This document shows positions 1 through 12,000 of a stretch of DNA of 64,000 nt, in pieces. This DNA is from Adineta vaga. Taxonomy: Eukaryota > Animalia > Rotifera. Every line of letters begins with the position of its first letter. The stretch's first letter is position 1. The translations under genes and the position numbers were made by a program. Location of the stretch: positions 8,618,001 to 8,682,000 of the forward strand of contig CP075492.1 in assembly GCA_021613535.1 (NCBI GenBank), written 5' to 3'. The notes beneath the pieces were generated by a model. The model searched no databases. It was not told the origin of the DNA and was given only the letters and a program-made list of their open reading frames with translations.

Positions 1-93
1 TCATATCGCCTTAATAAAGCCTTGCAAAAGAATAATTTCGTTTATTTGATTATATTGGACGGGATGAGCGTATAGACACTAGTTACTCATTAC

Positions 94-3000
94 CGTTATC
101 GACATTCGCTTCGTCCAAGCATACGACACCTGTATAACCAGGTATACAATTACAGTAAGGTGCACCATCATGCTGACTAATAATACATCTTCCATAATTG
201 CAATTGACATTTTCACAGGAGTCTGTAGAAATGATCAAGGTGATTCAAAGTCAAACAAAAAAGAAATAGATTTTTTTCTCAAAAGAACATGCATTTTTTG
301 CTTTCTTTTCAAATAACATCATTCTTCTCATTTCCTTTGAAAAAATATGACAAAACATCCCAAAGAAATACAAGCCACGCGTGCCTAACTATACCCACAC
401 ATACCATCGGATTCATAACAATTCGGTCCTCGAAAACCTGGTGCGCATTGACACGCAGGTTGATTATCCTGTTGAACCGAACATACACCTCCATTGTAAC
501 AAACAAAATTTGCACATGGATCGATTTGTCGATCGCATGCTGCTCCTTCATAACCTCGATGACATTCACATCTGTATGATGTGCCTTCGTTGATACAAGT
601 ACCATAATTGCATGACACTCTAGCACAAGCGTCTTTGCAGATTAAGAGAAAGAAGAACAAGAAAAAAATTAAATTAAATATACGATATCTAAATCTAATT
701 ATCGAGTTCTCGGGGCAATACTAGAAAATACTAATGTACTACAACTAAACAGATATAAGATAATAACAGCAATTCGAACTAGTAACAAATTTTTCTCTTT
801 ATTTTTCGTCTTTTTTATTTTATTGCTTACCTGTTGGTGTAAGACAATCATGACCTGTATAACCTTGATAACATCGGCAAACAGCTGAACCACGTTCAAT
901 TTCACATCGGCCCTGATTACAATTAACCCGTGCACATGGATCTAGACAAAGTAAATAAGTGTCAAATTTAATCGGATTTTTTCTAGCCAAAATTTTCGAT
1001 ACAAGCTGATTAGAGAAAGAACTATTCTTCGTTCGTTACATGAGATACTCTCCAAGGTAAGTCATCATATTTTTAAAAATTGACATTTCTATTTTATTTT
1101 CATATGCATTTATATTTATGTATCAATGATCACGCATCTTTCCCATTATGCAAATTGAAGGGTGGTGACCAATGTAATTTGAAACAGAGAGAATGCAAGC
1201 ACACACGCACACATTTGACCACATAAGCATGTGTGCGTGAGGACTCTTTCTACCTTTCGATATACATCTGTTCATGTTCAATCAAAAAAAATTTGCATAA
1301 TGTATGTGACCTCTTTCTACGAATATCTATATTCACAAGATGATGCATAATGGTTAGAGACAATAGTAATTTATCACTTGGAATAAGATACTAAATGTAT
1401 TTGAGAAGAAGAGAAAAAGAACGAAGGAGTGACGAGCGCTGCGTAGAGATAAACAATTTTCCTTTCAGATAATAATAACAATGGAATGAAAGCATCATCA
1501 TCATCATCATCATCATCAGCGTTCTCATGCTCATCCATGATAGAATTATGCAAGACTTGCACAATATATATATATATATTCTGTTTTGGTGTTGATCATA
1601 CTCATTTTCTTGATCCACTCATGAAAGCATATGCGTTTGTCTTCTCTACTATACAATAGGCAATTATAACATCTTAACAGTTCAGACACCAAGCATATGT
1701 CTGCCTTTGTTTGCATTCCATCATAATGATCGATGCTGTTACCGGTCTATTCTATCATTCTTCATTCATTCACTCATCCGGTTGTTGTTTTTTTCGAAAT
1801 TCTTTCTTCTATGGGATTGTCGACCTATATGTCTAACAGAAGAGGATAGAATCGGATTGACCGGCAGTTTTACACTGAATGTGATTGATGTCTATCCCAG
1901 AGCGTTTAGATGTTGACGCGTACATTGATAAATAAGTCTCAATTTTCTTGTCTTCTTTTTTTTGTTCTCTTGTCCTTTCTTTTTTTCTATACTTCACTCT
2001 ACTTGTCTAATGGAAGTCGGTTGTGGGTGATTATTGCGTCATCTCTAACCAAGTAAAAGCAAATGAACGCCAAAGGAAAAAGAAACTACAGAACGTGCGT
2101 GCTCTTTTGTTACACACCAATTTGAGTTTCACATCGCGAGCCACCATAGCCCTCAAAACATGAACAATATGGTTGATTGCTACGATCTTTTTGACAAGTT
2201 CCATGGTTGCATTGAAAATTCAAACAAGGATCTGTTGAAACTATCGAATGAAAAGAAAAAAAAGAAAAAATATTAATAATCGATAAACGAAACATGTAAT
2301 TCTCACTATATGATGATAGATTTATTTCTCAAGGTCTTAAAATATCGATTTCCTCATATAGTGACAAATGACAGAAAGATTACAGAAGTTTCTTTTTTCA
2401 TACCTGATTGTTCACAACGATATCCTGTATATTGAGCAGGACAATGACAGTATGCCAAAGTAGTTGGTGTGGCCGGTTGAATACAGTAACCACCATTCAT
2501 ACAATTGATCCTTTCGCATGGTGTCCCTAGAGTAAATACATGTATGTACATTATGAAGTCAAACTCATGTTCATAAAAAAGACGAGAACAAAGCTTTATA
2601 AAAGAATAAATGAAAGAAAAATTATGTATTAACTTACAACAACCAAGGTAACATGGCATCGCTCCCACCGCTTGTCCTTCATATTGAGGAGAAGGTGCTG
2701 GTGGAGGAGGAGGAGCTGCTTCGATCAAAATGATAATCGATAGTAACGAAATCAAGATTTTCATTTTATGTAATAATCAATGTAATAGATTAGAAAAAAT
2801 ATATACGAAGAGAATGTGTGATTCAATGTTGGTAAGAATGAATCATATCACACTAGACGGCGAACGTCGAATATTTTTTTTCTTTTTTTCTACTCTTGTT
2901 TTTTATGCTAGATTCTCTGCGGTTCGTCAAAAATTATCGATGAATAAGGTAGTTGCCGTTGCCTTTGACTTTTTTGTATCGCAGAAACCAAATAATGTCA

Positions 3001-6000
3001 AATGATGATGATGATAATGATGATGGTAGCAAATGGAAAGAAGACAAAGAGAAAAAAAGGGTCTCTTGCCAATAATATTTCGGAGATGCGACGAACGGAG
3101 TTGGCTTGATGATGGTGAATATCGTTCGAGCTTGTCTTTTTTTCTTCTCTTCTTCTTCTTCTTCTTGTTCTTGTTCTTCACAAAGTAATAGTAATAGGCA
3201 CACGAGAAGGAAAAAGAGACAGAAAGAATGGCGTAAGTTGCAAACAAACACCAAACCGCAAAGCGACGATGACGATGGCAGAGAAGGAGAAAAAAATATA
3301 TTTATACGAAGAAAAATCTACGATGAATGAATAACACAGGAAGAAAAGATGTGAGAGTGGACCAATATAGTAATATCTTGCATTAGTAAGAACAACAACA
3401 TCAACAAGATGAAAGAAGATGTTGTATTAACGTCATCTCGACTGCATTCTCTTGCTTTCTATCGGTGCTAGTAATGCTGAGCTTACAAGTGGCTGTCCTC
3501 ATTGTCGTCCCTTTCTTATTTTTTTCTTCTACTCTTCTACATACATAGATTGACTATGCGCTCGCACACACGTACGAACAGAAAAGAGAGCAAGAGAAGA
3601 GAAGAGAAGAAGAGAAAGAAAAAGCAAAGAAACAGAAAAAAAAATGCTTGTTATTAACATAAAAAAAAAGTACACGAACTAGACAAAGAACGATCGTGTA
3701 GTGTGTGTGCTCTCGTTCGAGTTCGGATGTTAGTAATAACGTTTGCTGTAGAAGAAAAAAAGAGAAGTACATCGACAAAAAAAAGATTTGACGCTCGCCC
3801 GTCAATAAGAAAAAAACAAGAGTTTGTCAAAATGTCGATCTAATCGCATCTGTGATTTGGTTTTCCTTCCGCATCAATACGATTCTTTTTATTTTCATAC
3901 AAAGAATTAATTAAAATGAAATCATCCTCTAAATATGGCAATGATCAGAAATCGTCTACACAAATAGAATATAGACGATGATCAATCCTATCGAACAAAA
4001 ATAAATAGAAGCTCATCCAAAGCGAGATGATGCAAGAGAATATGCATATATATATATAGATGTATATAGGCTTCTCTTCATCGCCGCCTGGTCTCACGTC
4101 TAGAGCACGTATCATCTTTTTTTTATGCTAATTGACTGTGGATATATATATTGCATATGTGTATGAATGAGTGTGTTCGAACGCAAGCATAACTTGGATA
4201 GAAAAAATATGTAACTCGTCAGTCATTTCGAGATAATATGATTAAACCTTAGGTAATGTACATAGACATGAATGATCGATAGTGACGGTCACACATATAT
4301 ATATATATATATATATATAAATATCTATCATGATTCATTGTCTTTCAAATTTATTATAGTCAGGAAAAAGAAACATAATCTTAGTATTACAACTTACGTT
4401 GAGGTATGGCTGCATGATTATTCCATCCAACACTTGGATCGTATTGGACTAATGAAGGATTACGAATGCAATTTTGTATTAAATTCTCACGACGATTATC
4501 CGAAATGAGCACGACCTAATTAGAAAGATTTTTTTGTTGTACAATATTTAAAAAGTAAGAAACGAATTTCTAATTCATTTTCTACTTACATCTTGAACGT
4601 AACCATAGAAATTTGCTCCACATATTTGAAGTTTTCTATCTCCGAATAAACTAAAGTATCCAGTTAGATTGGTATAATGTCGAGTTTCATAATCAAATGT
4701 CAAGTCGAGCTATTAAGATAAAATAAGAAGAAGAAAAATGCTAGCTATCAATATGATTGATTATATACTGTATTTGATGTTTTTTGACACTGTAACGTAT
4801 GCCATTGATCACCGCGAACACGACCAGGAAAATCATAGGTAAAAACAGCAGCACCATTTTGAATTACAAGACGTGGATAGTAATTCTTTAAATATCAAAT
4901 CAACATTGTCTCAAGTGTACGTCTATAAAACATTCTTATCTTTATTTACCTGAAGAACAATTGAAAGTTGAATAGGACCATCTCGTGATAGATATAACGT
5001 AGAATTAGCTGATGTAGTAAATATAGTAAAATCAATTTGTTCACGTTGACCAGCTCCAATTTGCGTTGAATAACGAACTAAACCTGTATTACTCATATCA
5101 ACTGATGTCGGTGCACAAACCATGGAACAATCAGATTGACCACAGAATTGTAGTGGTCGAATACTATTGCCGCATGGCATTTGTCGATCACACATTGTTC
5201 CTTGTTGATAGAAGCAATCATATCGATCAGCTTTCAGAACACCTTCCGGTAATAATGGTTGACGATTATATGATACATTAGCAAAACAACCAACAAATGG
5301 GTTATTCGCTGTATCAGTCATTAAACGATATGGACCACCAATTGTTACTACATCGAAAAACATTGGTGAACGTTCGGGAATTGGAATTTGTGTTGAACGT
5401 TTATCGATTTGTACATAAATATTATCATGTGACGTTGTTTCAGGAATTTGTCGTGTTACTAATATTCGATGTTGTTTACCATCATTAATCGTTTGATTAT
5501 CATTGTAAATAAGTTGTGATGATTTATTAGATGGTGAATAATATTTTAATTGTAATTTACCATCTTTTAAACCAAGAACTAAACCACGTTGATCATCATT
5601 TGAATACATTGAAGTAATTACACCATTGGCTGACAGAGTTTTAATTGGCATTTGACAAAAACGAAATTCATCATTCGGTTGTACTTGAAGTTCAATAATA
5701 TCACGACGATCACGCATAGAAAAACTCACATCAGGTGCAACATACGAGATAACATGTTTACCTACAACAGAAAATTATCTAATTGTATTTTATTCAAAAT
5801 AAGATTAATGGTTGATTTGATTAACTCGTGATTCCGAAATATTCTTCGCTTTTTAGAACATATTCAAATTTAGTTAATTTGATAATCCTATATACGATCG
5901 TTTGATTAGAAATGATTCGATTTCATTGGATTTACTTTCGTCTCGAATTTCCTTGCAAACAAAACAATCGTCAATTTAAATGAAATCTGAGAATAACAGT

Positions 6001-9000
6001 TGTTTCTTTTGTAATGTAAAAGAAAAACACATTGTCCTTCGATAAATATTACTTGAAACTCTTTAATGATCAAACAAATTTTATTTCATAGCAAATATCT
6101 ACTCTCGAGTTTATTTTAAACTTGGATGTTTTCATTAAATTCAATAAACGAATAGTTGATAGTAAGAGTTCTCAATGTGTAAAATCAACGAACTTGACAA
6201 GAGTGCTCTTGCTTGAAGGAACTATTTCTCTAAAATAAGTGCTTTGTACACACTTGATTTACTATTCAACATTGTCAACAATGATTGACGAAATAAACGT
6301 CGACAATAATTATTATCTTTATTTTCAATAAAATGAACAATGTCTCATCAAATAGCGCATTACACATTTCATGATTAACGATAGAATCAGAAGATCGAAT
6401 AGATCTGTCGATGAATTGAATTCATTCATGTGTGTATCATAGAGAGATTAAGAGAAGGATGTTCAATCTAGATTTACTTACGTCCACGTTTGGATAATTG
6501 ACAAACGTTGGTCAATCGTCCAGCATGATGAATATGATCTAATTTAATGATAGCTCGTTCATTTAACATGACATTTCTAATACAACCAACAAAATTATCT
6601 CCATCTAACATCGGATATTTTTCTTTAAGAAAACTATCCAATTGACCAATATAAATTGTGTGAATACGAAAATTTTGAGTAATCTTTTTCATAACAACAT
6701 TTCCATCAAGTTCAACAATGAAATCATTCTTATTGATTAATTTTACTACTAATTCATGTTCACGTCCATCATTAACTGGAACTGTATTATTTAAGAAGAT
6801 TTTCATACGTTTTTTATAATTATCATCAAATGTCAAAAGTAAACGTGCATTGTAAATACTTAATGTCATAAAATTTTCATAAGTTTTATCAGTTAATGAA
6901 CAAATAATACTATTTGCTTCTTGTGTATAGAATAGAATTGAAAATAAACGAAAATCTTCCGAATAATCAATTGGAATAATCAATGGTCGATCATATTCTT
7001 TAAATGATATGATTTGATCAATAAAAATATTACTTGTTGAAAGAATTTCCGTTGTTTTCAATACAATACTACTCGATGGACATTGTTGTCTAGTCAATGG
7101 TAAATGTTTAAATGATATGATTTGATCATTGTATGTGACATTTTCTAAACATCCAATAAATTGACTACGTGGACCAAAGACAAACTTATCAATGGTTAAT
7201 TTTAATGAAGATAATTCCATAGAGATTTTCTTTGCAGGATGATAACTATTCTTTTTCATTATCCATGCTTCAACATTCTTATCTACACGTTGTAAATAAA
7301 CAGCATAGATATTGCCATCATTAATAGGTTTTTGTTCATCATTCGATGAAATTCGTTGAGCTTGTTTATCACGAATAACTAATGCTAAGTAACCATCGAC
7401 ATCAATATTTAAACTAATTGAACCAAATTGTACAAGTGTACTAACATTTGCACGTGTACGAAAAGAAAATGATAATGTATTGAAAGGTGTATTAATTGGT
7501 GATGGAATTATAATTTCACTATTATCTGTTCGAAGAAAACCAATGGTTTGTCTTGTTTGAGATGATTTCATATCGACAACAACGAAAATTTTATCATTCG
7601 ATGAAGATATCGATGATATCAATGGTGTTGATGATTCTTTAAGATTTTCTTCATTCTCATCGGCAGTATCTTCTTCACGAAGATTCAATGATCGACCTGA
7701 ATTACTTACTAGAATCTAGATAAACAAGAAGAGAAGAAAAAAAGAAAATAAATGATCATAATCAATTCTTTTCAAATAACTCATATGGATTCAGTTGCAT
7801 TAAATATTTAAAAGTGAAGTATTTATCCTTAAACAGTTTCTTTGATTTTTGAGTGTAGTGCTATTTCTTTTTGAAATATACAAAGAAGGAAGAGCCGAAG
7901 GGCTGAAAACTTTTAAAATTCTTTAACTGAAATGATCAAATCAAAAGCTTTTCTAAAGTAACTTGCACATCTTCTTTATTTATACATATAAAGTCGTCTA
8001 CCATCTTTCTATTCTTTTTTTTTTCTTTTTCTTTTTGATCGATGACTGTCTGAACATTGTCTATTAATTATATCCATTATCTAAAAAGTATGTTCGCAAC
8101 ATACAATTTTGACAGGTCATCTGAATTGTTTCACATAGACACCTATGCATTTACATTTGATAATGGATATGAAAAGAAAACCTATTTATAAATAATCATT
8201 AAACATTCTCATCGATTCGAGTCGAGTCGAACTTCTTTTTCTTTTTTATCATCATCAAAGAGAAGAAAAAAAAATAAATTAGATACTACTACAGTCGAAA
8301 TATTGATATATACGTTATCAAAGAATAATTTTCTTTTATAAAATCATAATGAAAGTTGTTTACTGATGCAGAAGATGTACAATTTGTAATTATTACTCGA
8401 GATTGACAATCGATAATATCTCATTATTTATAAATACGTGAAGTTGAAGAAATTCAACCAGTACGCTTGAAAGATATTTCAAAAGGCTGTCTATTGTCGA
8501 GACTTAAAAAACATCACTCACAAATGTTTTATCAACAAAGTCAAAATGTACAAAAGATGATTATCGTAAAAACTTATGAGGCATATTATTCAATGCGAAT
8601 TCTATTTTCAACTTACATCACCAAGTTTTCCATTAAAATCTCCATTAGGCACTGGTGTTAATTCTGCTCCAATGAATATGTTCGCTTTTGTTTGCCAACC
8701 ATCCGGTAATTGCACATCAGATTGTTCGATATTATCAAGTTGAAATCGTACCTAAACATGCAAGATGAATAATTAGTAACCAATGACTTAAAAAGAATAA
8801 ATAGCATTACTTTTCGATCTAATCGTTCAATATTCATTTTGTGCCATTTACCATCATTAATATTAATTGGATTATTCTCTTTTGTTGTTAGAATAACGTC
8901 AGGAAGGTCATCTTGTGAAAAAATAATTTTCGGTTTTCCATCCTTAAAAGAAAAAGAAAAAAAGCACCATAAATCTTCATTTTCTCATTCAATTATAATG

Positions 9001-12000
9001 CGTTTAACAAACTTCAATATCGAATACATAATAAATATTATCATAAGCAAATCCAGCAAGAATAGTCGTCGTTGGAGATGATTGTTGTTTAGATAGGACA
9101 GAGAATGAAATAGCTTCAGATAAAGTATAATCTTCTTCATCGGTTAGATATTTCGTTCGAACATTGAATGGTAATGGATATTCAATAACCGTTTTAGGTA
9201 TTAAACGATTACTATTTAAGGATGCTTCGGTAAGAGTACCACCTAGACATAGAGAAATATGTATGCATAAAACATAAGTATGAATAGAAGATGTCGAAAG
9301 TAGAAGTCTTGTGTCTGACTAATTTTCACTATTAAAGAAGAAGAAGAAGAAGAAGAATAAAACGAACATTTATTATTCCAGTTGAACTCTTGCTTAAGAA
9401 TGTGTGAAGATGAAAATGCATCAATGTCTCAATTCTTGTATATTTATTGAGTTCAAGAGTCTTACCAGTGGTAAAAATCTCATTGAATGATGATGATGAT
9501 GATGGCGGTGGTGATGATGTATTATTTATATTATCATCATTCAACAAGTTTAAATGTTGCTGTTGACATGGATATATTTGTAAGGAAAATAAGATCACAA
9601 GGAATGGAAATTGCTTTGTAAACGACATCAATTTTGATTAGAAATATGTAATGATGAGATTCGTGATTAGTATATATTGATCATTCAAAGGACTTAACAT
9701 CGCGCACATGAGTGATGTGTGAGAGCGCATCTATGTTGAGAGAAAAGAAAAATATATAGATGTTTTATCTCTCGGTCTCTCTCGTTCTCTCATTACCGTT
9801 GTGTAGGCTAGTCGATGACCATCATCAAAATGCAAAAAAAGAAAGACATAGAGAGAAAAAGAAGAGCAGAAAAGAAAGATTTCTCGTTCTTTTTATATTG
9901 GCTAGTGTAAGTTATACACACAGTTCAACATCTTTTCTATGTTGTTCGGTGTATATGTTGTTGGTAGATGAGAATGGATGATGAGGATGGAAGAAGAAGA
10001 GAATGAACTGTGAGTGACGAGTAAAGAAATGAATGTGAGTAAAGAGAAGAGAGAAAAATATTCTTCATTTGAGTCAACGCGAAAAATAAAATTGTATCGT
10101 CGTTGTTAAAGCAGAAAGAAAGAAAGGACAATAGTAGTAAAAGCAGTGATGATGGTCAGAAGCATGAAATCGGTTCGTGTCCGTCTTCTTTATGTCTCGG
10201 CGACACACTCTGTACATGTGTGTGTGTATGTATGTATATGTATATATATATATATATATATATGTGTATGTATGAGTAAAAGAGCGTGAGCATCGAGAGT
10301 GAAATTAGTTGTCGCCGGCTGATGCATGATTTCTTCTTGATTGAGTTGTCCGACCGAGCAAGATACGAAAAGGTAGAGGGAGAGCATGAGTGTGTGTGAG
10401 GGAGGGAAGCAAGGAAGGAGAACGAGCATATGAAGGAAAAACGGTTCCATTCTAATACTAGTGGACAGTAAGAGTATACAGCACCTTTATTTGCATTGAC
10501 CCTAATCTCTCTTTCTCACTCATATTCGTTTTAACCTTTCTCGATGTCGCGCACACTTGTGCACAATTAAATTCTACATGTATCAGATCGATGAAAGTCT
10601 AGATACATATGTCGCGTGATTGAAAGAAATAATATTTTATCTTAAAATTGATTCAGAAAGAAAGCTTAAGTTTATATTTGAAAATGAACAAAAACCAATT
10701 TTCTTTTGTCAAATGAAGATGAACATGATGCATCAAATTACGAATTCATTCTCGATTTTCCTTCTGTCATGTTAAGAAGAGACACCAAATCATGTCCGTA
10801 GCATGTCTTATGTAAGAACACTTGGGAGAATCAAATACATAACAAAAAGAAAGAAATGACAAGTGCAAAAAGAAACTCTCCAAGGCAGAAGAGTCAATCA
10901 TAATGTCAAAATAAGGACAAGTGAATCGATCAATAATGAAGAAAAGGAACAAGTAGTAGTACTAGTAATTGCACTATGGACTACATCTGATCAAATAAAT
11001 AATTCCACTGTTGTAATTGATAACAAACGATTGCCTTTGTCTATCCCAATTCTATAATTTTTGCCTCATTAGACGCATTCGTCTCTTATTCTGTTCTTCT
11101 TTCATTCGTATAGTGCAAAGGAAATGCATTCCATTCTTACTCTAGTGAACAATAGAAGAATGTTGTAAGTGAGAAAGAAAAAAAAAGAGTAACAATTTCG
11201 GAAACATACTAACAATATTATCGTTTGTAAGTATGTTTGCGTGATTTTCTGCTTAAAGATTACAACATGTGTAAATGACGTAAGAATACAAAGATTCTAA
11301 AACTGTCTTATCCTATCTTTAATCATTGCATGTTCTATCATCTTTCGTCGTTCATAAATTAAGATTTATTGTTTGAAACATGCAATAGCTCTCTCTCTCT
11401 CTCTACATATATATATATATATACGACTGTCAAATACAGTTTACAATTAAAATCATATTTTTATTTCATTATTATTGAAGATCAATCATAATTTATATCG
11501 GTTGCAATGAGTATGAATCACTATATATTCATTTTTACGACTTAGAAAAATACTAATCAATGGAGAAAAAGAAGAAGAAGAAGAAGAAGACGACGTTATT
11601 ATACTAAATATTAGTTGAACTACACTAAATCTCTACACTTACATTGACACATTTCAAGATTTTCAGCAACTCGTTTTACGCGCTCATTTATATTTACAGA
11701 TTTACAACATTCTAACAGTACAAAAAGAATCCAAATTCTCTAGTGAATCCATCTCAAGTAAGGGAATACCTACCAGATGATGGTTGTTCATATGACCAAG
11801 ATATTGATCGAAATGGAACAAATATATTAAATGACAATGATGACGATAATGATGGTTTATTTGATTGATCATAAATCGGATTTGCTGTATAATCTATAAG
11901 CTGTCCGAATAGAAAGATAGAAAGTGTTGATGGTGACCGATAAACAAGATTAATGTATAATGATGTTTCATAAGGGAATTCACTCAATTGTGTACGTAAC

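Noticed and set aside
1204-1239. Inverted repeat cacgcacacat...atgtgtgcgtg
   Set aside because: An 11-bp stem built from CA/TG microsatellite; too short and low-complexity for a MITE or pre-miRNA call.
2927-3330. Overlapping ORFs with hydrophobic and poly-E/poly-K stretches
   Set aside because: They are translations of (GAA)n/(CTT)n and (CAT)n tracts in promoter/intron DNA, with no convincing splice connection.
4385-4397. TATTACAACTTAC resembles part of the rotifer spliced-leader sequence as I recall it
   Set aside because: It is simply the reverse complement of the intron donor GTAAGTTGTAATA; the flanks do not match and no SL-RNA structure is evident.
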